64,000 bases of DNA, from the IMG/VR virus record IMGVR_UViG_3300046460_000097; one strand, 5' to 3'. Below, piece by piece: positions 18,886-28,178 of the stretch. Positions within the stretch are counted from its first letter, which is position 1, and each line of letters begins with the position of its first letter. Origin of the DNA: a virus (Duplodnaviria; Caudoviricetes). The translations under genes and the position numbers were made by a program. The notes under the pieces are model-generated. The model did not search any database. It saw only the letters and a list, made by a program, of their open reading frames with translations, and had not been told where the DNA came from.

Positions 18886-21870
18886 TTATGCACCTTTCCA
18901 AGGGTTGTAGTTAGGATCGGTTGGATCGTCACTACCCGCTTTGGAACCATCGACAGGAGGCTCTTCTTCTCCTTCTGCCTTCTCTTCACCCTCTACAGGT
19001 TCAGCAGGTGGCTCTTCACCGTCTGCTGGAGGAGTCTCACCATCAGGCATCGGTGGCGGCTCATCTACATTGACAGTGCTGTCATCAGGCTCACCAGTGC
19101 CAGCGAGGTCGTCGTCACCCGTAGGCTCCACGTCATCCGGTTCACCAGTACCGCCTAGGCCGCCTTCGTCACCCAAAGGTTCTTCAGGTGGAGCGTTGGC
19201 TGCCAGCTTCTTGTCGATCTTGCCTTTGTATTCCTTGAGCAGCTTGCCGTCAGCATCGGAACGCTCAATGATAAGCTTGGCCACAAAGTCAGCAACGTTG
19301 TTACGCTGGTGAACGATATGGTGTACCAAGGAAGCAATACCACCGCCTTTACCTTCGTTGACAATCTCATCGAACGGCATTGGCAGGTTGAATCGCTTGA
19401 AGGCCTCAGTCTTCAGTACAGACTTGATCATGGCCTTGATCTCATCCGCAGAGAAGTCTTCTGCCTCAATACCCAGCAACTTGATCATCTGAGCCATGAC
19501 CACCCCAGTACCCGACAGCTCTTCCCACGACGCCACCAGCTTATCTACCGCTTCCAGACTCTCAATGAGTTTGTTGGTGGTTTCAGTGCTGGTAGGTACA
19601 GGCAGCGTGCAGTAGATGGAGTTGAAGAAGTCAGCCAGAATAATCTTGACCTTAGCTTCATCCTCACCTTCAATCACTTCCTTACTGTCAGGAACCCACA
19701 TCTTCTTGTTGTCGAGAACACACTGTACCAGCGCTTGCATCAACGGACCGTTTACACGAGCATGCTTACGCTGGAAGTCGATCACGAAGTTAGCGATCTC
19801 GGTCTGCCAGTTCACCGCTTGGTTGAAAACCATTTGGTGTTCGGTAATAGCTTCGATCTGGAAGTTGTTCTGATCGTCGCTCACATCCAGCCATGCACGA
19901 GGCAGGTTGAAGTAGTTGGCGATCGAGTTCAACACAGCATCACGGCTAGCGGTATCTACCGCGTGGAAGTTGTCCTTCTGCTTACCTGTGGTTTGAATGT
20001 CAGGAGTAGGCAGGTGAACGTTATCCCCGGCATTAACCTTTACCGACAACGAGGATTCTCGCAGGGCATCAACAATAGACGGAACAGACAACTGAGCCGT
20101 AGACAACAGACTGTGCAACCGCGGGTTAGCCTCAAAGAAGGTAGCCCGAGCAATAGCAATGGTGGCCTCAGGGTCCGCATCCTCCTTCTCCACGTTGATA
20201 GTCATCTCGGTGTGAGGTTGGGCGGCTTCAAGGTTAGCCAAGGCGTCAGCGAGGTCGTAGGCAGCCAGACGAGCGATGTGCATCTTGGCCGACTGAGTCA
20301 ACGACTGACCAGTACCCAGGCGGTTGAACTTCAGAGCGCCGTAAGTAATAGCCTCACCTGGAACATACAGGCAGCGCACACCCTGACGACGCCAGAGACG
20401 GGACAAGAAGATCTTGTTGGTTTCTTCGTCAATAGTGACACTGACGGAGTCGCCTTTACCGCTCACGACTGAAGACACGAACCGACGGATCAGACTGCTT
20501 TGCGCAAGGTCGATGAACTCGCGCATGTCGAAGTCACATGGCTTGCCTTCCTGAACCATCCGCAGACTGGAGATCAGACTGTTGTCGCTACCGTTCTTGG
20601 GCTTGTTAGCCACTTGATCGGCTTGGGCCTTGGTTGACTGATAGAAGTCAGGATCAACCGTGGTCTTCAGGAAGTTACCCTGATCGTCAAGCAGAATGAT
20701 GTAGTCGTCGATCTGACGGCTAGAACCGTTGTGGTGAATTGGGATAACCGCTTCACTAGGAATGTGCCAGCTCAGGCCACGACCGTAGGGTGCTACCGAC
20801 AGAGTGTCGATTGGCTTAACGTACTGCATGGTCTGATGGCGGATATCACGAGCCTTGTAGATCTCGCGGTTAATCGCTTCCATCTGATCTTCGGTCAAGT
20901 TCTGAGTAGTAGCGTCAGGACCGTCTGCCGTCTTCGCTTTCTTCTTCTTGTCACTTTGCATGGCAGAAGAGATAACGAGGTCGAAACTCTCGACACCCAT
21001 GATCGAGTTAATGTCCTGATCCCGCACTGCTTCGTTGAACTTCTGCAGATAAAGGATAGCCGGGTTATCGGTCAGGGTGATCTTGAACAGGTTGTCCGGA
21101 TCTTCTTCTTTACTGAAGATGTTGAACTCGGTGCCGTTGTAAGCAGGACGGTCACCCAAGATCGCTTCCAGACCACTGACCGCATTCTTGTCAGCAGCCG
21201 AATGCGGATCACGAACGAAGAAGCCTTTGTTACGCGCTCGCTTGACACCACTGACATCCACGAACTCGTGGTCAAGGTGTTGCTTAGCCTGTAGGCGGAA
21301 GGCTTCGTTACCCGTACGACCTTCAGGGCTATTTGGATCAGCGGCAGAACCGTTAATCAAATAATCCAGACCTGGACGACTGAGGTTAAACAGAACATAA
21401 CTCCCTGTATTCCACAGGATGTCATTGATCATTTTACCCAGTTCTGGCTCGATCTTATAGTCGTTGGTGAAGTAATTATCCCACACCGTCAACAACTCGG
21501 CGTGGAGACCAGCATTCTTCAGCTTCGTCGTTTGAGTGTCGTAGGTCAACACTTTGTCTTGCTTACCGTTAGGGTAGAGCAGGATGGTGTTCCAAATCAG
21601 CTCAGCTTTATCAATGTACGGCGTGATAGCCCGCAGATCGGTACTGGCATTGATGTTGTTGCTGATGATGTCACTCAAGCGTTGCAGCTTGTAAGGATTG
21701 ACAGTTTCTCTACCTTTGCCTTCATTGGCATCAGGAGTTTGGCCATTTTTGGGAACCGCGTTGCGCAGAGTGGCAGCAATGGCGGGGGATACGGATTTAA
21801 GATCTTCACGAATTCTCGTGTAGTCAACCCGTTCATTCCCTCTTGTCGTACCGCGTGTTTCGAACCCCAT
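18886..21870 (-). CDS. Probable portal protein (phiKZ gp129-like)
   Basis: Start reassigned to ATG 21870 (GAGG RBS), about 994 aa with an acidic Pro-rich disordered C-tail. Portal call rests on size and recalled synteny. Confidence 0.6.
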   Translation of the reverse strand: MGFETRGTTRGNERVDYTRIREDLKSVSPAIAATLRNAVPKNGQTPDANEGKGRETVNPYKLQRLSDIISNNINASTDLRAITPYIDKAELIWNTILLYPNGKQDKVLTYDTQTTKLKNAGLHAELLTVWDNYFTNDYKIEPELGKMINDILWNTGSYVLFNLSRPGLDYLINGSAADPNSPEGRTGNEAFRLQAKQHLDHEFVDVSGVKRARNKGFFVRDPHSAADKNAVSGLEAILGDRPAYNGTEFNIFSKEEDPDNLFKITLTDNPAILYLQKFNEAVRDQDINSIMGVESFDLVISSAMQSDKKKKAKTADGPDATTQNLTEDQMEAINREIYKARDIRHQTMQYVKPIDTLSVAPYGRGLSWHIPSEAVIPIHHNGSSRQIDDYIILLDDQGNFLKTTVDPDFYQSTKAQADQVANKPKNGSDNSLISSLRMVQEGKPCDFDMREFIDLAQSSLIRRFVSSVVSGKGDSVSVTIDEETNKIFLSRLWRRQGVRCLYVPGEAITYGALKFNRLGTGQSLTQSAKMHIARLAAYDLADALANLEAAQPHTEMTINVEKEDADPEATIAIARATFFEANPRLHSLLSTAQLSVPSIVDALRESSLSVKVNAGDNVHLPTPDIQTTGKQKDNFHAVDTASRDAVLNSIANYFNLPRAWLDVSDDQNNFQIEAITEHQMVFNQAVNWQTEIANFVIDFQRKHARVNGPLMQALVQCVLDNKKMWVPDSKEVIEGEDEAKVKIILADFFNSIYCTLPVPTSTETTNKLIESLEAVDKLVASWEELSGTGVVMAQMIKLLGIEAEDFSADEIKAMIKSVLKTEAFKRFNLPMPFDEIVNEGKGGGIASLVHHIVHQRNNVADFVAKLIIERSDADGKLLKEYKGKIDKKLAANAPPEEPLGDEGGLGGTGEPDDVEPTGDDDLAGTGEPDDSTVNVDEPPPMPDGETPPADGEEPPAEPVEGEEKAEGEEEPPVDGSKAGSDDPTDPNYNPWKGA

Positions 21871-21891
21871 ATAAACCTCACGAGTTAAACT

Positions 21892-24174
21892 ATGAATAGT
21901 GTCGATCTTGATCAGTATTATGCGGACACTTTCAGCCTTGTTCGGACCATGGTTATCAAAATCGAGGCCTTGGCCGACAGAGATAACTTGGTACTGACTA
22001 AAGCTGGGCATCCCGTATCCACGGATAAAACATCGTGGCGTTATTACATGAACTTGAATGGAGACTACCACCCCACCGATGAGGTGATGTGGATCAACTC
22101 CATTGATACCGGTGAGCAGATTGTTTTCAACAAGGATAGCTTGTTGCTGCACCTCGCAACGAATCGCGAGTACAGTAAAGGAGGCTATTGGTTCAACCGT
22201 TTGGTCGAACGCTATCCTGGGCAGTCTACTCTGATTAACGGCATACTCTCGCCCATCCCGTACTCCGAGACGATCGAGGCTAAAGACTATAAGATCCTGC
22301 GCTACAACAAGAAATTAGTGTTGTGGAACGAGGATCAGCTCATCAAGAAATTGCAGCTGTTTGTGGACAGTGACGTGAGTCATTCGTTCAAGAACGACTA
22401 CATTACGACTGATGACTTGTTCTTGCCGTTGATGATTGAGAAGTTGCACATCGATGTCATGGGTGCAATTCATGCGATCCGCCTAGAAGATTGTTTTACT
22501 CGGCATACGCACGAGTTCTTCATCTGGAGCCACATCGATTCTTTCGGTGATTTCTCCCAGTACAAGGCCAGTCTCTCCAAAGAACAGACCATGTGGCTGT
22601 TCCGCAACATCGCTTGGATCCGCAACAACCCAGGCCAGCAGTACACCTTTAATAAGCTGATGCACAACATACTGACTCGCGCCAGTGTGCCATTGGCTAA
22701 GTTCGACATGGTAGAGTCCACTGAAACTCAGTTGGAAGATTTAACCCCTACCCCTCTGTACCGTCGGATGCAGATGAACCTTATCGATACTTACGGGCGC
22801 GCTGCCACGTTTATCGATACCGAAGCCATGATCCTGAAGCAACAGATGGAGGCTACGGAGAACTACGACCAGACCGCTACCTATCTGGAAGATGCTCTGG
22901 TCAAGGGTACGTACAGTCTGCACTCTGAGCTGCCTACCAAAACGCTTGAGTCGGCTATGGCTGACTACACCAACCGACACATCGATACATTGATGAAGGT
23001 GGTGTACAACGAGTGGATCTACTTGGCGGGTAAGAAGGTCTATCAAGGCAACATCATTACCGTGGACCCCAAGACGGGTAAACAATACCGTTTCCCGGTA
23101 GCTGACGCCTACCACATCTGGAAGTTCCTCGTCGAGCACAGTAAGGGTGAAAGCCCCCTGCGTATCTGCAAGGTCTACTACCAGAACGTGTTGAAGTTAA
23201 AAGCACCAACCGTTGAGCAGCTCATTGAGATCGGGGGTCCCGATTTCATTCGTCCTTATGTGGCTCAGGACATTCGCAATATTTGGGCGCCTGTTACCCC
23301 ATTTGTGTCCCCGGATTATCTGATCCAGTACTCTACCGAAGTCTACACGAACATGTGGAAACATCGGAAGCTGTACAGCAAGTGGTATGACTTGAACCTG
23401 CGGGCAAGGGCCAAGAACACCTGTGACTTCATGTACGACTCGGGGATCATCAAACTCGGGAACTACACCAATTACGACTCGTTGCTGGAAACCTACGAGC
23501 TCGACTTCAGTGAATACACTGCGGCCGAAGCCAAGGCCTTTGCTTGGGACATCTTTAAACGTGTCACAGGCTGGGATACCAACCAGCATCCGTCTACTCG
23601 GGTCAAACAGGCTGACTTGATTGCGATCATGACACAGCTGTCGTCTTACACCGTGCAGTTCGTTAAGAAGATTGACGACGGTACGGATCAGACAGAGCTG
23701 AAGAACGATCTGTTCGTTGGCGATAGCCGTTGGGTGGGCCAAGGTAACGGTAGCTATGGCGATTTCAAACACGTCATGCTCAACGTGGACACCAACAACG
23801 ACGCAAGCAACGCCCTGAAGTCTGTTACAGCTGTTATAGACTCTTACCAGCCTAAGCTAGTCGTTGATATGGCTGCGAAGGCAACGATCGTTACACACGA
23901 TCTGGTGAAGTCTGTCGACGTCATCAAAGACCTGCGTATCAATGCGTTGAAGTTCCCAAACACTGGACACATCCGAATCCTCACGGAAGAAGAGTTCCAG
24001 CCTAAGGAGATTCCAGGTACGTACTACGGCGAACTGTTTGCTGACCCAGTCGAAATCCCAGGCACCTATTACGGGGAACTGGAAGAAGACGTGATGGGTG
24101 CTTACCAGTACTCGTTCCCTGAAACGTATTACAAAGTCCTGAAAGCTAACGGCGACCTTGACCTCGGAGAATAA
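21892..24174 (+). CDS. Virion structural (baseplate-like) protein
   Basis: 760 aa, divergent from the portal candidate; C-terminal EIPGTYYGEL repeats. Confidence 0.6.
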   Translation: MNSVDLDQYYADTFSLVRTMVIKIEALADRDNLVLTKAGHPVSTDKTSWRYYMNLNGDYHPTDEVMWINSIDTGEQIVFNKDSLLLHLATNREYSKGGYWFNRLVERYPGQSTLINGILSPIPYSETIEAKDYKILRYNKKLVLWNEDQLIKKLQLFVDSDVSHSFKNDYITTDDLFLPLMIEKLHIDVMGAIHAIRLEDCFTRHTHEFFIWSHIDSFGDFSQYKASLSKEQTMWLFRNIAWIRNNPGQQYTFNKLMHNILTRASVPLAKFDMVESTETQLEDLTPTPLYRRMQMNLIDTYGRAATFIDTEAMILKQQMEATENYDQTATYLEDALVKGTYSLHSELPTKTLESAMADYTNRHIDTLMKVVYNEWIYLAGKKVYQGNIITVDPKTGKQYRFPVADAYHIWKFLVEHSKGESPLRICKVYYQNVLKLKAPTVEQLIEIGGPDFIRPYVAQDIRNIWAPVTPFVSPDYLIQYSTEVYTNMWKHRKLYSKWYDLNLRARAKNTCDFMYDSGIIKLGNYTNYDSLLETYELDFSEYTAAEAKAFAWDIFKRVTGWDTNQHPSTRVKQADLIAIMTQLSSYTVQFVKKIDDGTDQTELKNDLFVGDSRWVGQGNGSYGDFKHVMLNVDTNNDASNALKSVTAVIDSYQPKLVVDMAAKATIVTHDLVKSVDVIKDLRINALKFPNTGHIRILTEEEFQPKEIPGTYYGELFADPVEIPGTYYGELEEDVMGAYQYSFPETYYKVLKANGDLDLGE

Positions 24175-24177
24175 CAC

Positions 24178-24582
24178 TTGAACATACAGGTGCTAAGTCT
24201 TATCAAGCAGCGGTATTGCGAGGACAACGCCATCAGTGACCCTGAGTCGATTGCAATGTCCTTCTGCCAAGCGGAGAAGGGCACCGGCAACCCCATCATG
24301 TTTGTACTACGTGATGGGAAGTCGTCGACCTACGTTCACCAGCGGATCGACCTAGCAGGTTTGTCCGCTCATCGGGCTTTGGATATTCCTGCCGCATTCC
24401 GCAACGTTAAACAAGCCGATCTCAGCAAAGTGTTCATTGCAGATTGGGTTTACCAGTTCACGGGACACCGTATTCTGGTTGAAGACATACAAACCATGGC
24501 GCTAGAGAAAAAGGCTATTCAGGTGATCATTTCACCGGATTCTATGCGCTTTAAAAATAGCTTCCAGCTAATCCGTCTATAG
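24178..24582 (+). CDS. Hypothetical protein
   Basis: 134 aa, TTG start after GGAG, fills the operon gap. Confidence 0.55.
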   Translation: MNIQVLSLIKQRYCEDNAISDPESIAMSFCQAEKGTGNPIMFVLRDGKSSTYVHQRIDLAGLSAHRALDIPAAFRNVKQADLSKVFIADWVYQFTGHRILVEDIQTMALEKKAIQVIISPDSMRFKNSFQLIRL

Positions 24583-24595
24583 GGATTTTTTCATT

Positions 24596-25525
24596 ATGGC
24601 TCTTTCTGCAACAGAAATTCAAGACCAGAACCGTTCCGAGGTTCCTACTCAGTCGGTAACCAACACTGGCTGGGGGAACATCATCACCAAATGCGTGGTT
24701 ACTCGCCAACCGTTTAACCTCCCACAATACACCACGCTGAACGAGCGCTACAACATCCTGGCGACCCAGTCCATCGGGCCGAAGAACGGTAAGGACTTCG
24801 AACTGAAGTACTTTGGTGTGGGTATCCGTGGTTCCGACTGCGATGGCAAGAACCTCCTTGGCGCTACCAAGATGAAGGTCAACCAGCACCAGCCGAAAGA
24901 CGCCAACCTGTTCGTGCCGATCCCGTTCGCCTGCCGTCCAGTTGCCAGCGACTTCGACAACGTCAACCGCGGCAAGTACCGCATGCGTACCGTTCAAGAC
25001 GTCAACGGTGTGGCCACCGCGTTCTATTGGTTGAAGCTGATCAGTTTCGCCAACTACAACCCGCAGGTCATGGTTATTACCCGTGACGAGAACAACAACG
25101 AAACGCCAGTTCCGTACATCCCTGAGAAAGACGACCTGTTCAACCCAACCCCGGTCGACTTCATCAGCACTGGCTCGGTGCCTATCAGCAACGTCTACAT
25201 GAACAGCTCCGCTATCCTGGACTGCTCGTTGGACCAAGCCGACCTGACCGAAATGGAAAACGCCTGCCGCATTCTGTACGGCGATGCTTCCCTGGCTGCA
25301 CCGAACGAAGTGGGCATTGCCTACGGCATCGACACCCAGACCGACGGCCAGATCGGCCAAGGCGCCGTGATTCGCTACACTGAAGTACTGAGTGCTGTCT
25401 ATGCTCACTACATCACTGAGCGCGATGCACGTTCCGCCCTGAACAACGTTCGTCTGCAATACGCATTCGACCACGGCGCCAGCGAACCAATGCTGTTGCA
25501 CACCAACGCCACTGTCGCACCTTAA
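24596..25525 (+). CDS. Conserved virion structural protein
   Basis: 309 aa, high-expression codon bias, in the tail/baseplate operon. Confidence 0.6.
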   Translation: MALSATEIQDQNRSEVPTQSVTNTGWGNIITKCVVTRQPFNLPQYTTLNERYNILATQSIGPKNGKDFELKYFGVGIRGSDCDGKNLLGATKMKVNQHQPKDANLFVPIPFACRPVASDFDNVNRGKYRMRTVQDVNGVATAFYWLKLISFANYNPQVMVITRDENNNETPVPYIPEKDDLFNPTPVDFISTGSVPISNVYMNSSAILDCSLDQADLTEMENACRILYGDASLAAPNEVGIAYGIDTQTDGQIGQGAVIRYTEVLSAVYAHYITERDARSALNNVRLQYAFDHGASEPMLLHTNATVAP

Positions 25526-25541
25526 TCGGGAGAGTTCATAA

Positions 25542-26162
25542 ATGAGCATTCCTGATATCCTGAAAGGGGGCGTTCATTTGCCCCTGACGGTTAGCACCAC
25601 TTCGGCTCAAGCTATCGCTTTGGCTAACGGGTTCTACCAGACCGAGTTAGATGTTAACGACTACAAGGAGACACAAGCCTTCTGGGGAGTCGATAACGTC
25701 TTACAGCTGGATCTCATCGATCCGGAGTCTGGCGAGGTGCTGGAGAGCTTCTACAACCGTTCTACGGGGAATAAGCTCAGTGCCGCAGCAGAACCAATGC
25801 TGATGCTCAGTAATCCAATGGATCCAAGCCAGTTTGTTTCCTGGATGGGTCCTGTGATTGTCGTGCATGACGCAAAGGAGCTGGAGTTCCTCAGCGGATT
25901 GGGCTCGGGTAATACCTATCCAATCTTCGGCGTAGACAACAACATTCCGTATCAGTTGTCGTCTTTGCTGAACTCCTACCAATTTATTGGTAGCTGGGTG
26001 TCCGGTACTATGGGTGAATATGCAACTGGTGGTTTCACTCTGGTCTATCTCGGCCCAAGCAGCGAAGCCCCAGAAGAACTCCTGGTGGACTACTCCCCCA
26101 ACATTGCCGTGATCCAAATCAACCACGGTGAACAAAAAGGATACATATGCCTGAGGACGTAA
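25542..26162 (+). CDS. Hypothetical (probably virion) protein
   Basis: 206 aa, GGGAG RBS. Confidence 0.55.
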   Translation: MSIPDILKGGVHLPLTVSTTSAQAIALANGFYQTELDVNDYKETQAFWGVDNVLQLDLIDPESGEVLESFYNRSTGNKLSAAAEPMLMLSNPMDPSQFVSWMGPVIVVHDAKELEFLSGLGSGNTYPIFGVDNNIPYQLSSLLNSYQFIGSWVSGTMGEYATGGFTLVYLGPSSEAPEELLVDYSPNIAVIQINHGEQKGYICLRT

Positions 26163-26737
26163 AAGTCCCCCACACGGTAAGGGTCATGGGAATTGACCCT
26201 TCTCCGACCAATACGGGGGTGTTCGTTGTAGATGTCAACATCGCTGAGCCAGCCCCGTTTGTTATGGTGTATGGCAACACATTGTTCGGCGAGAAAGTTC
26301 TCTACGACGTTCCTGTTCAGTTTGATGACACCGCTTCAACGGGTGTCAGTGCGCGTGGCTTTTGTTTAGCGCGCTCGTTAGGTACCCTCATCGAAATTTA
26401 TCAACCCGACGTTGGTATTTGTGAAGATAACTACTTAGGGGTTTCTGCGGGAACCTTTAAACAGTTGATTCAGTTCGTCGGACTGGTGAGGGAAAGCTTT
26501 AACAACAATGGCGTGCATTTGTCCTATGTACTACCTAACTTGGCCAAGGCAATTGTCGGGGCTAACTTCAAGGGATCGCAGAAAGAAGATGTCCGTGCAG
26601 GGTTGCTGAAGTATCCGCTGTTAGATGCAAATGGGTTTGACCTGTCACTGCTGGATGAGCACTCCGTCGATGCTGGCGCGGTAACTCTCTATCGGTGTGA
26701 ACAAATTGCCAAAAACTATGGGGTGTATCATGGCTAA
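26147..26737 (+). CDS. ruvC: RuvC-like Holliday junction resolvase
   Basis: N-terminal VMGIDPSPTNTG motif, GICED glutamate, C-terminal EHSVDA motif. Confidence 0.8.
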   Translation: MPEDVKVPHTVRVMGIDPSPTNTGVFVVDVNIAEPAPFVMVYGNTLFGEKVLYDVPVQFDDTASTGVSARGFCLARSLGTLIEIYQPDVGICEDNYLGVSAGTFKQLIQFVGLVRESFNNNGVHLSYVLPNLAKAIVGANFKGSQKEDVRAGLLKYPLLDANGFDLSLLDEHSVDAGAVTLYRCEQIAKNYGVYHG

Positions 26738-27128
26738 GTTAGAAGATCCCCCGCCAGAAGTCACCACCGACCCTCCGAGCGTGGATCCGGTCTCTGGTGG
26801 GATTGAGCGTGAGCTCTTTGGTATGTGGACCATCCTCCTGCGCAACGTAGGCGGTTTTACCGCAGTCATTACTGCGTGTGTTATTGCTGTGTTCAACGCC
26901 TTCACTACTTACCAATCGGTTAAGAGTGGCGGGCAGTGGCCATCTGAGATGTCGTTGTTTATCACCAACATCGGCCCGGTCATCGTGGGCTGGACGTTCA
27001 TGAACTCCAGTAAGACGATTTCAACTATCATGCAGGTTAAGGGTGTTACTGACCGACTGCGTAATAGCTTGTCTACCGCACTCGCGACTAAAGACAAGAC
27101 AGATCCACCTCCACCGCAACAAGCGTAG
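26730..27128 (+). CDS. Two-TM membrane protein, holin candidate
   Basis: 132 aa from ATG 26730; two hydrophobic segments and a hydrophilic C-tail; converges on the spanin pair. Confidence 0.45.
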   Translation: MAKLEDPPPEVTTDPPSVDPVSGGIERELFGMWTILLRNVGGFTAVITACVIAVFNAFTTYQSVKSGGQWPSEMSLFITNIGPVIVGWTFMNSSKTISTIMQVKGVTDRLRNSLSTALATKDKTDPPPPQQA

Positions 27129-27140
27129 CAAACATATCTT

Positions 27141-27180
27141 AACCCCCTCCAGGAGCCCTTGTGAGGCTCCTGGAGGGGTT
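27141..27180. terminator. Bidirectional terminator
   Basis: cccctccaggagcc-cttgtga-ggctcctggagggg between convergent genes. Confidence 0.8.
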
Positions 27181-27237
27181 ATTAAGGTATTGCTTCCCGT
27201 TATTACCCGTTACATCCTGTTACGTTCAATCACGGTA

Positions 27238-27882
27238 CTACTTCGGCGGATCACCCAGTGAGTTTCTAGGTACTGGGAGTTCACGCTGTACCGGGGCCAC
27301 CGGAATGGCCTGTTCTGGGACCTTAGGTCCGGGCTGATCGGGCATAGGGTTTGGATTAACCGCAGTAACAGTTCTCGATATCATGGACTTGACACTGTCG
27401 GGTATCGTGGAGTTGTTCTTTCGCTCCAGTCCTTTAATGATCGTGTTAATGTTGTCCGTCAACTGACCTATAGTTCGCTTGGCAGCCCAATTATTCAGAG
27501 AAGCGTCATCAAGTTGTCGCGTTACATCAATCAGCCTCATGAGCGTCAATTGGTAACAATACTTTTTGTCGGTCGCTGTAAGGCAATCATTGCTAGCTAA
27601 GAAGGCTGCCAAATCCCCAGACAAACTAGCTGGGGGAAGCGGACTTGCGTTCTGAAACTGGGGAAGCACCTCGGTCAGTCGGGTTCTCGTAGCTGCCAGC
27701 TGGTTTTTGTAGCTGTCGATCTCGACTTGCAGCGCCTGCGCCTGAAGGTATGTCGTCGCTTCGGACACGGTTGTCTGGTGACTGCACGCCGATATTGATA
27801 ACAGTAGGAGTAGGAGGAGGCCCGCCAGGATTGTACTGGTGACCGCCCGGGTAAGAGTCGATATCGATAGTGTCGGTCCCAT
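27238..27882 (-). CDS. Outer-membrane lipoprotein, o-spanin (Rz1-like) candidate
   Basis: Signal peptide ...ILAGLLLLLLLSISA-C with lipobox ISAC, Ser after Cys, Pro-rich C-terminus; starts inside the upstream TM/coiled-coil gene in another frame. Confidence 0.65.
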   Translation of the reverse strand: MGPTLSISTLTRAVTSTILAGLLLLLLLSISACSHQTTVSEATTYLQAQALQVEIDSYKNQLAATRTRLTEVLPQFQNASPLPPASLSGDLAAFLASNDCLTATDKKYCYQLTLMRLIDVTRQLDDASLNNWAAKRTIGQLTDNINTIIKGLERKNNSTIPDSVKSMISRTVTAVNPNPMPDQPGPKVPEQAIPVAPVQRELPVPRNSLGDPPK

Positions 27883-28174
27883 AGCGACCGAGAAGTTGTT
27901 TGTAAGCATCACCGCGCTCCGATTGTTGGAGGGCTAACGTCTGGCTCAGAGTCGTATTGAGACTGGCCGTCAGCTTGCCCTGGGATTCCAGATTGTCGGC
28001 TGCACGCTTAACTTGCTCGCCGACTTCCTTGAGGGTCGAAAGTGTCTGTTTATCCAGCGTGCTATCAGAATGCCGTGGGAAGGCCCACGAAGCCAAGATA
28101 GCACCCAAGATCAAAGTGCCAAGCAGTAAGCTGGCAATCGATCTCAACTTGTCCGTGAAAAACATATCTCTCAT
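27626..28174 (-). CDS. Inner-membrane spanin (Rz-like) candidate
   Basis: ATG 28174 after AGAGGA; one N-terminal TM helix (IASLLLGTLILGAILASWAF) then a coiled coil; overlaps the lipoprotein gene by 257 nt. Confidence 0.65.
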   Translation of the reverse strand: MRDMFFTDKLRSIASLLLGTLILGAILASWAFPRHSDSTLDKQTLSTLKEVGEQVKRAADNLESQGKLTASLNTTLSQTLALQQSERGDAYKQLLGRYGTDTIDIDSYPGGHQYNPGGPPPTPTVINIGVQSPDNRVRSDDIPSGAGAASRDRQLQKPAGSYENPTDRGASPVSERKSASPS

Positions 28175-28178
28175 GTGG

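Noticed and set aside
21871-22152. Extended N-terminus of the portal ORF in the ORF track
   Set aside because: It overlaps the opposite-strand gene 21892..24174; a good RBS precedes ATG 21870.
26147-26737. RuvC-fold protein as a Cas12/TnpB-like or transposase nuclease
   Set aside because: Only 196 aa with the classic resolvase motif layout, inside the core late operon, with no guide-RNA region or terminal repeats.
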